From positions 91,450,001 to 91,514,000 of the forward strand of contig NC_042997.1 of NCBI RefSeq assembly GCF_006345805.1: a stretch of DNA of 64,000 bases, given 5' to 3'. A program made the translations under genes and the position numbers. The notes under the pieces were generated by a model. It had not been told where the DNA came from. It did no database searches and saw nothing but the letters and a program-made list of their open reading frames with translations. Shown one piece after another: positions 39,797 through 54,200 of this stretch (position 1 is the first letter of the stretch; every line of letters starts with the position of its first letter). This DNA comes from Octopus sinensis (Eukaryota).

Positions 39797-40277
39797 GTAA
39801 GTGCCATTTTCATGTTGGTCTTAATTTTTATCCATGTCATTTTTCTTATGAATTTTACTCCTATTTCTAAGCTAGGGTTCACTTTTTAAAAATTTATAAG
39901 CTGTTACTCTTTTTAGTCGAAGCATATGAAAAATTTTTATCAGTATTATACAAAATCAAATTCTAAACCCAAAGCCTACCTTCTGAATGCTTATATTATA
40001 TCTTTAATTATTTTCTATATAGGATAGAGGTACCTATTGTCTTTTAAAACTTTCTAAATTCAGTAATAGGGAAAAGTAAGTAAGCTTAATGGTATTAATA
40101 TTTAATTTGATAAAACGCAGGTATCAATTTGTAGGAGAATTTTCTATTGAATGGTTACTTTTATACTATATTCTTTCATACTCTTCAAGAGCAACACAAG
40201 CCATGTTGCTCTAACTAATCTCAAAAGATCTGCAGAGACAATGGGCATAACCTCTTCCTCCAGAACAAACTAAAAAT

Positions 40278-41277
40278 AACAAGAGCACTCAGAGAGTGCA
40301 AACCTCTGCCAAGGCAAGCACCAATGTTCTCTCAACGATTAGCGGGAGATGATTTTTAAAATGAGAATATCTGAAATAAACTCAACTGCTCTCACAAATG
40401 AGAATACTAAAAATGAACCTGACTGCTCTCAAGAATTAAGTAAAAAAAAACGGAAAAATAATCCAGAATCCTTGTCCAGTACATGATTGATCCCAGTGGT
40501 AGTCATGGAATGTGAAGGTGGGTGTGTGTGCCGTATTGTAATGCTCTGTGTGTGTCATCTGCATTGGGAACAGGGACAGTTTTCTCTATGAAGGCCTCTT
40601 TTAATCTATCCACTGATATAGTGTCTTTACGACCATTAAGGTCTATAGTGAAAAATTTACCTGTGCGTGAAAAGAAATGGGAAAGATCTGCATACGGTGC
40701 TTTTAATGGTGGTTTAACAGCATCGTTGCACACAAAAACGTGAGTCCAAGAAGTAAACCTTCCTTCAAGGGAGAGTTAGAAATGCAATTGTAAAGTAGTT
40801 AAGAGGTATTTAAACAGGAGCGACATATTCAAAATTGGTAAATCTAAAAATTGGTGAGGATAAAGTAAATTTATTATTGCTACTGAATCTGTTAGTGTTA
40901 TTTAATTTCTGAACGGTTTTGCTGCTGTTTGTTTATGTAGTTTGATTTCTTTATCCATCAGTTTCTACTAAGATAGAAATGCAAGTAAAATTAATAATAG
41001 AGAAACGAAAAATAAAACTTTGGAAATAGCAACCATGCTATAACTTACATGGAAACTCAAGGGAGATAATCAGAGAAAGACAAATAATCCAGAATCCTTT
41101 GTCTGGTACCGGATTGATCCCCAAATCTAATCAGTTTGTGTCAGTCATGAGACCAAACATCCCTGAAAGTTTCATTCAAATCTATCCAGTGGTTCTTGAG
41201 ATATCTTGTCCACGGACAAACAAACAAACAAGCACAACTGAAAACAGTACCTCCACCTTCGCTAAGGCGGAGGTAAT
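40278..41277 (+). mobile_element. Helentron/HINE-like non-autonomous element containing a Gypsy integrase fragment
   Basis: Begins ACAAGAGCACTCAGAGAGTGCAAACCTCTGCCAAGGC; ends with hairpin ACCTCC-ACCTTCGCTAAGGC-GGAGGT-AA after a short ACAA repeat; minus-strand KPPLKAPY...KFFTIDLNGRKDTISVDRLK at 40503-40733. Confidence 0.5.
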
Positions 41278-41291
41278 AATAATGCATGGTG

Positions 41292-42008
41292 TGTAGAGGA
41301 AAATTTGACAATGTAGAGAACGACTGTATGTAAAGGAGTTGGTGATAGAAATGTCTCCTTTTAAACGCCACATGGTTGCCCTTACAAAAGAAGATTGCCA
41401 AATATGTGGTATAAAGAATATGAGTGCCAGTAAAGAATAAAGAGAAAAACACAACCGTTCTACTGCTTGAGAGAAAGATAGACTTTTATCTACAGATATG
41501 TACATTGTGATAAGAGCGTGTGTGAGTGCTAGCAGAGTGTAGTGTCTGAGTGCATGCAACAAGTGTGTCTGTGTGTCTTTTGTAAGTGCAATGATCGTGC
41601 ATGCAACAAGTGTTTGTGTCTGTGTGTTCATGTGGTTTATAAGAGTGAACATAAAGAACAAATAGAGAACAAATAGAAACGTCTAGACACAAGATGGAGA
41701 TAAATACTAGTTCGTACAGGTACACAATAGCAGTTTGTTCTGTGTCAATGAAGTTGGGGCAAAGAGGAGAGCGGTTACTACATGTGTAGAAGTTGGGGCT
41801 TCGATCCATTTGCCAGGTTACATTGGTACAGATCTCGCAGGTAGTGCTGGACTGTTAACCTTGGTGAATATACTCAAACAGCATGTAAGCTAAACCTGAG
41901 CGAGTTGCTGTGTACGTATCAGAGTTGCTGGAGACGACGTGAAGTTGAAGGGTGATGATAAGCTAAGGCATATCTCAGAGAGCGTGGATACATTCCACCA
42001 ATGCTACA
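41292..42008. mobile_element. Probable solo LTR
   Basis: TGTAG...CTACA termini, ~717 bp, richer in CpG than its flanks; no matching target-site duplication found. Confidence 0.45.
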
Positions 42009-42411
42009 ACAACATTTGAGTTGGTCCTCTTCACAACGGACCAGCATATGTAACTGAATTTGGAAAACACTAAGATATTACAGGTTGTTTTGAACAAGCA
42101 CCTTTTGCTCCCTGAATGATTTTTTAAGGCATCTGGAAATATATAACAACCATTTTATGCTATAAGTAATTTCATTTGAAAAATCAGAGAACAAATCAGT
42201 GTTGAAATCCTGAACTATCTAGATTTGGGCATCAATTTGAGTTTGTAGAATTAGAATTAGATCCTCTCGCATAATGTACTTTACCTATCAATGTACTTAA
42301 TGTTGTTGCTGTGTAATGCCAGTAATTTTTGCTTGAGGAAGGAAGAGATTCATTGACAGAAACATTGCAACAAGTTTTGGTAATTGTAAATCCTTTTTCT
42401 TTTGCTGAAAG

Positions 42412-42503
42412 AATTGGAAAAAGAGGACAAAAGTGAAGAATCAACCAGTAAAATGGATATTCATGGTGCAGAATATCTGGAGGAAGAAACAAAATCTCAG
42501 TCA
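42412..42503 (+). CDS. DNAH10: DNAH10 coding exon 3 (not in ORF track)
   Basis: Pyrimidine tract + aag|AATTGGAA...TCA|gtgagt; 92 nt, phase 1-0, ELEKEDKSEESTSKMDIHGAEYLEEETKSQS; needed to reconcile the phase between flanking exons. Confidence 0.7.
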
Positions 42504-42975
42504 GTGAGTAACCAGAAAATCTGTTCTTCATAATTTAGTTTTTGTCCTTATTGTCATCTTTATTATCATTTTCACTGAAGGTGGTGAGCTGGCAGAATTG
42601 TTAGCATGCCAAATAAAGTGCTAAGCAGCATTTTATCTGTCTTTATATTCCGAGTTCAAATTCCACTGAAGTTGACTTTGCCTTTCATCCTTTCAAATTT
42701 GATAAGATAAGTACCAATCAAGTACTGGGGTTGATGTAACTGACTTCCTCCTCCCCACAAAATCTGCTGGCCCTGTGCCAAAATTTGAAATCATTATCAT
42801 AATGTTCACTTTAATGTACTTGATCTTCTCAGTCTTGATCATCTAACTGTGAAGTTCACTGTTCTCACATTTGATCTTAATCATTTCCATATAGACATTT
42901 CTTAAACTACTTCTACCTCCGGTACCTTCCATTGTCAGTTTATAACATTATGATATTATTTCTTTTACCAACGAC

Positions 42976-43165
42976 CCCAACCACCTTCTCCCCGTCTCCC
43001 TCCTCCTCTCCTCCTCCTCCTCCTCTTCCTCTTCCCCCTCCTTCTCCCTCTCCTCCTCCTCCTCCCTCCATCTCCCCCTCCCCCTCTCCCTTCTCTCCAT
43101 CTCCTCCCCTTCTCTCCATCTCCTCCTCCTCTCTCCATCTCCTCCACCTCCCTCTCCTCCTCCTG
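42976..43165. repeat. (CCT)n-rich polypyrimidine tract
   Basis: About 190 nt almost entirely C/T on the plus strand. Confidence 0.95.
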
Positions 43166-44837
43166 AGCAATTGTATCAACATACATACATACATATATAT
43201 ACATACATACATACATTCATACAATCCTCTCATGTGGTCAATCTAGGTCTATAGTAGAAGACACTTACCCAAAGTGCCACACAGTAGAACTGAACCTGGA
43301 TAAATGTGATTGGAAAGCAAACTTCATGCAAATCTGTATCTCCTATTTGCACTATGTGCCATACCAGCGTAAATGACTCACCTGTACACATCAGCCAATG
43401 TGTATGGTGTTCAACTAATTTTTCTTCTCATTTATGCTCAACCTTTCTGGTAAATTGACAGTGCAAATCCAGTGGATCGATTATTTCTCTCAACCAACCC
43501 TCCTTCATTACACTTTCATGAGGGCCCTAACAATCATTAATTATATTACTTACATAGCAGAACTCATCTAAAATTTCTAGAGAGCCATTTGGTTGCAGTC
43601 CATGCAAACTCTTTAGTCATTTGAAACATGCAATTGTGTGTCCCATTCCCAAAGAGGGCAAACTCCTCTGACTCCTTCATCTATGAATCTATTCCTCTTA
43701 CTTCCACTATCGCAAAAATGATAGGATAGTTGTTAACAATCCTCTTCTCTAAAACTTTGAGTCCTTCTTTTTCTTCAACAAATACCATTATGTCTTCTAT
43801 AGAATAGGATTTACTTGGATCCAGCTCACCAATGTCACCCACCAATAGTTCCTAAACCTTTGGATATTTAGTGAAAACAACCATTACTCTTGACAGATCT
43901 TAAATGGAGAGGAAGGTGAAGTGAAGTGTTTTGCTCAAAAACACAATGCACCACCCTGTCCAGGAATCAAGCCATGATCTTGTGATTGTGAGTGCAACAC
44001 TCTACCATACCATGTCTGTGTATTTGAGGGAGAGAGAGAGAGAGAGAGAGAGAGCGAGTGTGTGTGTGTGTGTATCAGTGTAGAAGGTGGGGGGAGGGCA
44101 AAAAGGTGGTGCTTTGAACAAAAATATATTGCAGTGTTAAGTTTCACCTTGATTGCACACCTTCCTGTGTCCAGTTGACTTTGCCTTTTGCTCTCCCTCT
44201 TGGTCAACAAAATCCTTGGTAAAGTGCTTGGTCAATAGGGAATCATTTGTGTGTGATGTTGTAACTCATGGGATTATAATATGGGTTAGTGAATCTTATT
44301 TGAAACAGAAATTGTACACTTCAAAAGTACTGTCCACTATGCCTAGTACTTCCTCTCTAGAAGGACTAGACAGAGTTAATTCCTTCTGGAATTAACTCAC
44401 TGCTTGTGCCTTTTGTGCAGTTGTTGACTTGCAACCATTTAAGTGGAATGTTATTGGTACCGGTCTCACCAATCTAAGAGGGCCTGCAAAAGCTAGGGTA
44501 CTGTCCCTTCCTTGAGGCCTAGTTAATAAAAAATATAAATTTATAGCCCTTGGATGATTTGATACTAACAAATGGGATGAAGAAGATGAGATTAACAGTT
44601 TTAAAACTCTTCACAAGTCTTAGAAGCACCTCCTCTCTCTCAGTTTGCGTAGGAATGAGGAAATTGTTAGTTTGTTCTCAGGAAAACTAATGTGAAGTTT
44701 CAGATAAATAAATAAAAATCTGCAATATATTTTCAAAAGATATAAGACAAAAAATAACATAAGCACTTAAGAGAATTGACTCGAACTGAATGTTAATGCA
44801 ACATCATAGAGGGTTTTGAATTGTATTATATTTTCAG

Positions 44838-45059
44838 AAAACATTCATCCAGAAAGTTGAAAAAGATTACCTTTATATGAGTTTTGAGTATCTTCCTGAA
44901 GAATTCTCTTCCTGTAATTGCATATATTTTGTGCGTACAACAACTGGTGTTATACCAATGCCACAGACTCATGAAGAATTGGGAGAATTATCTTTTTATT
45001 TTGAGTATGGCCTTTTAAACCAACACTTGCTGATTGGTTTGGAACAAGTAGCATTACAT
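44838..45059 (+). CDS. DNAH10: DNAH10 coding exon 4
   Basis: ttttcag|AAAACA...CAT|gtaagc; 222 nt, phase 0-0; CIYFVRTTTGVIP...FEYGLLN..LL..LEQV is typical of the dynein N-terminal region. Confidence 0.85.
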
Positions 45060-48046
45060 GTAAGCATGGAATTAAATTTTTCTTTTCTTTTTGCCAGTGA
45101 AATTTTGTATTTATTGTAAATTCTTCTTATTTCTTACTACTCTAAGGAATACCTGTGTTTGGTTAGAGAAATAAATTCTTTGTTTAGTTGAAATTTTTGT
45201 TAGCGCAACTTTACAGTAAATTATTTCTGATATAAGGGGCAGAAGACTAAAGTTCAGAGAGAGTAAGAACAAAGATAGCACAAAGTTTAAATAAAGCATA
45301 ATTTCTTGTTATAAAGAGTTTGACAATAAATGTTATTTTCAACAAAAACAAAGTGGTTTAATTTGCATTTATCTGCTTTTACGACTTAGATGAAGAAAGA
45401 CAGCAGCAATGATTTTTTGTCGGTCTTCTATGACTTGTGGGTCAATATGTCACAATTTATGGGTTATCCTTGGACCAGAAGTCTGATTTGAATGTTCATA
45501 ACAGAGTAGACCCTAATTAAAGGCACCCAAACATCAAATGGATCAAGTCTACTTTCTGAGAACAGCTACAAGTTCTGTAGAGTTAAAATAACAGGGTTTG
45601 GTTTAATTTTATACCATGGTAGACACATACTCAAGCCGTTATGAAGTGAGATCAAATCCAGAACCATGGGATTCTTAAACATACAGATATGCCTGCACCC
45701 ATTGAAATGGTTGCAAATTCTGAGTTTGATGACAAAAGAAACAAAAGTTAGAGCTGCTTGTATTATGTCCATTGTTTAGTCTATATTTGAGGAAACTTTC
45801 AGAGTTACTCATCAATCAGCATTATCATTTAGCATCCGTTTTCCATGCAAGCATGGGCTAGACGGTTTGACTGGAACTGGTAAGCTGGAGAGCTGTACTA
45901 GATTCTAGTCTGATTTCGGCTAAGTTTCTACAGCCGGATGCTTTCCCAACACCAATCACTCCAAAAGAGTAGTGGGTGCCTTTTATGTGTCACCAGCATG
46001 GATGCTTTTACATGTCACCATCACAGGTGACTTTCATGTGTCACTGTAATGGGTGCCTTTTATGTGCTACTAGCACTGTCCATGACTTATATTTCCATTT
46101 GGCCTGATGAGTCTTCTCAAACGCAGTAAACCACCAAAGGTCTTGATTATGTCATTACCTCTGTGAGACCCAACATCCAAAGATCATGCTTCCTCACCTT
46201 ATTCCATGTCTTCCTGGGTCTACTATCAGGTATATATATATATATATATATGTAAGAAAAAGAGACTACAAAAGAATAAATGATTATCTTATGAACTTCA
46301 TTAGTTTACAGCTGTTTCTGCTCTAAGATACAGTTGACTCATAGTTCAGTGCCTGAAAAACACCTTATAGCTTCATTGGAGCCTCAAATATGAAGTGCAA
46401 TTTATTTGGGAAAGAATTACATTTGTGCATACATTGGAAATGGCATTATCAATGAGAAAGCCAATACAGATATATATATCAGAATAATGGAAAATGGAGA
46501 CAAACGCCTAAGATGTTATTTGAATCATTTATATCACAGTTTGTCTCCATTTTCCATTATTCTTATGTTCTCCAAAACATGTCTCACTTCTCCCCAGAAT
46601 TAATTCTCACGCAAGTGCGATTACTGATTCCTAGGATACTTGTGTGACATCTGGCTACTTTGTAACTGTTCCCATAGATCTTTCCTTGTAAATTGAACAT
46701 TCATATATATATAATACATCAAGTACTGGACATCACCAACGAGTGAAAAATATGTAAACACACAAGACATAAGTACAGGACAAAATACCAAAAAATATAC
46801 AATAAGAACAGGACATGGTCAGCAAGTGAAAAATGCATAAACACATGATGAGAGAGAGGTATGGGACATATATATACATACATATAGTCTGACTAAACTG
46901 GAAAATGATCATGTCCAGTATCTATAAAAGGAATAGATCAGAACTTAGTATTGATTATGTAATCGAAGTGGTCAGTTGGCAGATATCATAGATCACCAGA
47001 TAACATTTTGTATGCATACATTTCCAGGCCTCACTTTATCTTTCATGCTTTTAGCATAGATAAGATAAATTATCAATCATTTATTAAGGTTGATTTAATC
47101 AATTACAACCTTCCCCTATAGAAATGACCTGGAGCTTTAAAGAGAAATCACTGTATAATATAATTTGTAAGTGTACAACAGATGTAGTGCAGTTGTAATA
47201 AATTACATTAGAAGCTTCTTCACTGCATACTTGATTGGGTCATATGCAAATGAAAAATTTTGAAACTCCCCTCTTGCTTATTCAAGTTATACTTTTCTTC
47301 ACCCTCTTTATTTCATGCTACTGGCCACATAAAATACCACTTATAAATTCATGCTGAAAATAACTTTTCTCAGTCGATGCAATGCATGTTAGCATGGAAA
47401 AGATGATGTAAATGATGATGATGATTATGCTTGTAGCCATTGTAGCAATGAAGACAATGATTACTACAATGATAATTCTCCTCTTTTTTTCTCAATCTTC
47501 TCCAAATTGCAAACATTATCCTCTCCCAATACTCATAATGTTTGATGAAACAATATATTCTTCATTAATATGAACTTTGATAACAAAGTATTCTCTCTGC
47601 TTCAAAAGTAAGGTTAAGTCTTATATTCTGTAAAAGCTATGTTCAGAGAAATCTGTTAAATGAATTTTGGTTTTTAAAGGATATATGTGATCTATACCAA
47701 GAGAACCAACCATAAACATCAACATCATTTATTCAAATCATATATACTGTACACTTTTCTATTTCTTGAGAAGTCAGTTTTTAGTTGCTCTGCAGAAGCA
47801 TTCAACAAAATATGTGGAATAAAGTTGAATGTCTTTCAGTAGAATTTCCTATGATCACTTGAGGAATTGTAAGAAATGCATTTATTAGTTTAATCAATAT
47901 TTATAATTCTGTAATTGACAATAATAAAAAGGATATTTTGTGTAAAGTGTATTTGATTAAGATGTTGTATACACACACATGTATATATATATATAGTTTT
48001 ATAAAGACACCTTCAATTTACTAATCTCCTTTAATCCAATTTCTAG

Positions 48047-48837
48047 GTTTACCAGCCTCTGCTGTCTTTCTTTATTCACAAAAATACTGATGTCTCTGAT
48101 GAAATCATAGTTTCTGCAACTCCTCCAGAACCTACTTTTAAGTCACTCAACACTGACAACATCGATACATCTTCCTTCTCAATTATAAAAGATGAATGTC
48201 TCATAGCTATGAAAAAATTTACTTCTAGTATTACTCGGACTATTCATCAAATTGAGGGTGAAGTACGACTTGAAATACACGAATCATTTAATAATTATGA
48301 TTTGCTTTCTGATCCCTCAGAACTACTGAAAGATGTTGAATTTTGTGAGCTATTAAGGATGACTTGTACTGACTGGATGACACGGATCATTGAAGCACTG
48401 GAAATCCAGCTAAAGAAAGAACCACAAGGTAATGGGCCTCTGATGGAGATTGATTATTGGAAAGAAAGGAATGCTGCCTTAAGTGCACTGGTTGAGCAAC
48501 TTCGTTCAGGAACAGTGCGCCAGGTCTTGGATATTTTTAATTCCATTGACAACACCTTTGAAGAAATGCTGTTGGATTTACATAAATATCATATTGAAGC
48601 AAAGGATAATGTTCGTTTCCTATCAACCCTAGAACGTCATTTCAAAAATATTTCTCATGGTGTTAGTTTCCAGGTTGTCACAGAAACAATTCCATCCATG
48701 ATGAATGCCCTGAGAATGGTGTGGATTATTTCAAGACATTACAACAAAGATGAGAGGATGGTGCCTCTGATGGAGAGAATAGCCTGGGAGTTAACTGAGA
48801 GAGTTATTCAAGTAATTAATGTCCGCAAGTTGTTTGA
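48047..48837 (+). CDS. DNAH10: DNAH10 coding exon 5 (start of DHC_N1 tail domain)
   Basis: ttctag|GTTTAC...TTTGA|gtgagt; GNGPLMEIDYWKERNAALSAL, EAKDNVRFLSTLERHFKN, MMNALRMVWIISRHYNKDERMVPLMERIAWE are DNAH10-type motifs. Confidence 0.95.
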
Positions 48838-50449
48838 GTGAGTTCTAATTATTACTTCATTGATAGATCACCAGAAAAAATGCCTAGTATTTTTAATTAA
48901 AATTTTGCCAAAATTGACTTTAATCTTTTGGGGGCTGGTAAAACAAGTATCAGACAAATATTGAAGGTGATCTAAATGATTATTAACTCTCCTGCAAAAG
49001 AGAAAAAATCCACATGTACACATATGCACTCACACACACATACACCCCCCCACACCACACACCACACACAGAAGCTTGATGAAACAAACAAGAGAATAAA
49101 ACTCAGTACATAACAGTTTATGTATATTTTAAAATTTAACTGTAAAGTTACATAAGTGACTCAAGTGTTGCATGTTTCAAGTATTGCACTTAGCAAACTA
49201 ACTTCAAATTGAATTAGACGAAATCTCAAGTTACTGGTGATAATGTAATACAGTCCATTGACTAGCTGAAGGATCTAATGATAGTCGGTACATCCCACTG
49301 GCTTACTGAAGGATATTTCTACTTGCTGTTCTCTAATGTTGTCTTGTTTATCAGTAACTGGTCTTTACAACCACGTGTGTTCTTTCTGCAACCATTCTGT
49401 TCTTCGAGTTGAAATTTTTCTGTTGAGCTTTTGATAAGTCTTAATGTGGTTGATGTAAGAGACATGTAGAGGTAAAACAGATATGATTAGCTTACGTAGT
49501 TTTTAGGGTCATTTGTACAGTGAAGTTACCTCCCTTCCAACCTCACCTTTCTCTCTGTATTGTGGTATATATAGGATAATTTAGTGAGCCACTATGTGGT
49601 TGCTTGATCAGCAAACCACACCTTAAGCCCTTAAAAATAAGAGAAAGATAATTTTAGATAATAGTCCTTGATACATTGACTGAAATATAAATGGATAGTT
49701 ATGGCTGGAACACCTTTGTTCATAGATCTAAATTATGGTGCAGTTTGATCTGTGACAACAACATACATAAACCTCTAGACCAGTCTTTCAACTGACTACC
49801 TACTGGGTCTTGTCTTACTTAAGGTTATACAACGATATAAAGATACAATTTCTAGACATAGCTAGGTAACAATATTGAACTTCACTCACACCTAAACATG
49901 AACAACATGCAATTGGACTTATCAAAGTCACTGCAGATGTTTACACTTCACCATCATTTAGGAATTCTCTTGGCAAATGCAACTGAAGTAGAATAGATGT
50001 CTATGGTTATAACTATGGTTATAACCATTCTTATTCTATAGGTGTTTCCCTGAAAGTATGTGCACTTTCTAGGAGTACTGTCTGTGACAAAAAGTAAAGA
50101 CAAAATAGACAAGCAGGGAAGGTGTTAGACTACCAGTGTTTCAATCTAGATTCCAAACCTTCCACAGGTTTCTAATGAAGCATGTTACAATTCAATATTG
50201 CTTAAATTCACTTAACTAATGAGAATAGTTAATATTGAGAAATATTACTTGTAATTATGTGGATCCTTTTGTATATCATATCTACTTCATGGTGTGAAAC
50301 TAGAAATAAGAAGTGTTTTTCGTTTAAAAACTTCTTTGGGTTTAGGAGACAATTTAAAAAAAAAGTAGTATTGAAAATATTTTGACCATTAAAACTCTGC
50401 AAGAGTAACCTTTAATTTATTTTCTCAAATTAAATTCATGCTCTTTTAG

Positions 50450-50648
50450 ATCCAACCTTGATGAGGTAAAGAAAAAGACTTCTGGTGCTAAAAGAATGTT
50501 AACCACTTGGAAAGAATCCTACTTTGAAAGACGTGCTAAAATTGAAGCTTCCGGGCGAGATCAGCGGTGGGAATTTGATAGGAAAAGATTGTTTGAAGCT
50601 ACAGACTATATGGCCACTATAAATCAAGATCTTTATGATGTTGCTCAG
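50450..50648 (+). CDS. DNAH10: DNAH10 coding exon 6 (not in ORF track)
   Basis: ttttag|A TCC...CAG|gtgatt; phase 2-0; WKESYFERRAKIEASGRDQRWEFDRKRLFEATDYMA. Confidence 0.93.
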
Positions 50649-51126
50649 GTGATTTTTTTTCTATAAATAATCCTTATATGTGTAACTTGTGACATTTACT
50701 CTGCTTGTGTCCTGTTATAAGTATGGTACATATGATGTCATGATTATATAAACGTTATAACTTTTTATTAATAGCTTTCAAAGTAATTTGTAGGTCTAAC
50801 TTTATCAATTTATGTGACTTTTGTCTATTTCTTCCTCACTCACTAATGTTTTTCTTCCAACTAGAGTTTGTTGAAGCTAAGTGATTTCTCAAATAATCAG
50901 ACAGTGTACTATTTGGTGGACTCTGTATTGGATACAATGTTTGTTAAATTATTCTTTTTATTATATGCAATAGCTGACAAGGTGCACTACTAGAAAAGAT
51001 TGCTAATGCCTCCTTTAAAGCTTGGTTATTTTCATTATGACAGAAATATCATGAAAGATGTTTAGACATATTACTTTCATTATGCTTTAAGTTTGTCATG
51101 CCCAAAGTTTGATATTATATTTTTAG

Positions 51127-51243
51127 GTCATGGAAGAGTTCTATAACATTTTTGGATCAGAACTGAAAGCTGTTACAGGAGATCCTAAGAAAATTGAAGA
51201 TGTTATTCAAAGAGTTAAAGGTTTAATTAAGCCCCTCAGTATA
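51127..51243 (+). CDS. DNAH10: DNAH10 coding exon 7 (not in ORF track)
   Basis: ttttag|GTC...ATA|gtaagt; 117 nt, phase 0-0; VMEEFYNIFGSELKAVTGDPKKIEDVIQRV. Confidence 0.93.
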
Positions 51244-54200
51244 GTAAGTGTTACCGATTAGTTTAAATATATATATTTGGTGCATGTAATATTAAAAAAG
51301 AAAAATAAAGACATCTCTCATTTTTATTTTTCATTTATATATTTGAATTTTCTTTCTTTATGAAGCATTGTTTGTAGATCTGAAATGGTGCCACATTAAT
51401 CTATTATCTAGGTAGTAACAGAGTTATATGCGCTTTACAACAAAACCAACCATAATTTACAATAAGATCTTAGTGCAGACTTCAGTATAGGATATCTTGG
51501 AAGAATTAGTGAATGAATCCATTATGTTTTTGGCAAGGTTAAAAAAGGTGAATGTGGCTAAGGCCCTGGTAATATTATAATCTTCTGGTTTCAAATGAGT
51601 AATGATAAAGAACATCAAGAAATACAAAGACACAAGTTAAAGTAGACTGCTACATTTATTTTGCTGCTAAACAAAAATACAGCAAACTAGTATACATGAA
51701 TAATTCTGTTAATAAAAATACATTAGTTCCTTGTGTGGCTTGAACATAAAGGTGTACATGGGAAAAACACATAACATGGTGTCAAAAATCCCTGCTGACA
51801 ATTCTCTTCTCACTGAGCATGCATAGTGAAATAAACTTGCTCTGTGCTGAAGATCTGAACTCCATCTGACAATCCACCTCACTGAAGAAAATAGTGGGAA
51901 AAGACATCCTTAAATTGCTATGGGTAGGCTCATATGGACCACATTTTTATGGTCAGGCAAGTGGTCTGATTGGATGACTTAAAGTATCCAATCAGCACCA
52001 AGCAGGTATGGTTGTGTGACTCCTTGCAGAAAACAACGATAAACTGTGAACATGCTTGCTACATGTTCATCTGAATGCCTAATGTCATGGGCATGCTCAT
52101 ATAAAGTTGGCTGATGTTATATAACATCAACAACAGCAGTAGTAACAATAGACCACATCATAAGAGATGCTACTTGATAAGAAACTAATTTACGATTACC
52201 TTTTAATACTAGCCTATTGTTAAACTGGGTTTTTATTCAAGTTAGAAAATTAAATTCTACAACTATTGCCACTACTCCTCTGAATTTATTAACTATGACA
52301 TTCTCAAGTAAATCTGTTCAATGTCCTCTGTCTTTCACTAACGTTATTGGCTCTTGAATCCTACACTAAACATTTAATCCTATTATTTCTTTCTATTCCC
52401 TGTCTCTCAAATGATGTTCTATTAAATTGTGCATAATGGCAAAGTCTTCAGGAAAGTCTCAAATACCTAGTGAAAATTAGAGCTGCTGCTGCTCATCATC
52501 GTCGTCATCATCATCATCATCATCATCATCGTCGTCGTCGTTTAGCATCTGTTGCCCATATATATAAACATACTCAATATGTTTATATATATAAGGTTTC
52601 AGTCAGGATAGACCATGTATTTACATCTGGAAAGTTCCTCTCCAGGGTACATAGATAAACCTGTATAATTATGAATACTGAGAACTGTGTATAATATATA
52701 TGTATATGTATGAACTCATGTACATGTAAATTATATATTAAACTAGGCATATAGCTATAAAACTGTTGTATAGAATGATACTCTTCTATCTATAGCCATA
52801 CACATTACTTTTGATTGTGGACATAATCATTTTGTTTAAACATATCTAATTTTAAAATGCTGTTGAATTAAAGAATAGATACAGAATCACAGAAGAAAGC
52901 ACGTATAAACAAATCCACAAATAAAGAATACTCACATGCTAATCAGCAAGAAAATATGTATTTTTACATACATTCAAACTACCAAATACATATGCATGTA
53001 TCCATGTATACATATATGTATATACCCACTCTCCGAAATTGCTGGCCTTGTACCAAAATTCGAAATCAGTTTTTGATCAAGATATTCGAAGGGAAATAAT
53101 TCCCATAAAATGCATGTAAGGGCGGTAACCTTCATCAATGCGTCAAAACGAATTTTGTTCTATTTCAACTTCTCAATTTGATTTAATTTCTCCATGGAGT
53201 TTATTAACCACCACATTTCAGTTCTACTGAATATTTTCCCTTACTGCATATATGTATATATTAATTGTCTCATTCACAAAATGTTCTCAAATAAACCATT
53301 GATTCAGCTGTGATTGTTTGATTGTAGTTACGAAGTCAAAAATCAATAATATTTCTCAGCAATTAAGGCAGGGAGCTGGCAGAATTGTTAGTAGGTCATA
53401 CAAAATGTTTAGTAGCATTTTTTGTGGTTTTATGTTTAGAGTTCAAATTCCACTGAGACAGGCTTTGCCTTTCGTTCTTTTGGGTCGATAAAATAAGTAT
53501 GACTTGAACACTGGAGTTAATATAATCGTCTGGCACACCCACTCCCCCAAAATTTCAGGCCTTGTACATAAAGTAGAAATAATTACTTCTCAGCAATTAG
53601 TAGAATAGATATAATAATCATATAGAAAAGTATTACCTAATATCTGAATATATTTAGAAGCAGGTGATACCCAAGCACAATAATACTAAATCAAAAAGTG
53701 ACCATCTGTGCATGCACTTAAGTAGTTAGAATAAAGGCTAAAGTTTCCTACCAACTACACACATTTGTCCAACAGAAAGGAAGGGTAATTTAGACTAGGC
53801 AATTCTAGATATATGGAAAAGACCAGCTGATTTTGCCTCAGGTGATCATAATCTTGCTTGATTAAGGCTGACTTGGAGCTAAACAGCAACCATATAATGT
53901 TTTTATCTATTATGTATGCATTATACAGGTACAAAATTGATTTTTCTGAACCTTTGGCTCTAAAGACTTTCTGAATTATTGATATTTTTTAAACTAGGGT
54001 TGGTCACCTCTAAATTAAACAAAAATTAAATTTACTTAAATAATTAAATGAAATAGAAGTCACCCGAACATCAGTATAAATGATACAAGTTTTTTAATGC
54101 TATACTGTGAAGGACTAACCTATAAACTAGTCTGGGGCTGTGCGAAATTTAAGTTTCAGCTCTTAAAACAATATGGATTATGAGTGTTTCCAGACCTTCA

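Noticed and set aside
44838-44861. Apparent in-frame stop or frameshift in DNAH10 between 39796 and 44838
   Set aside because: Resolved by the 92-nt exon at 42412-42503; no evidence of a pseudogene.
53078-53145. UUGAUGA-AGG...CCUU-CGAAUAUC on the minus strand as a hammerhead
   Set aside because: Lacks GAAA and a 3-8 pair, and has no convincing stem I.
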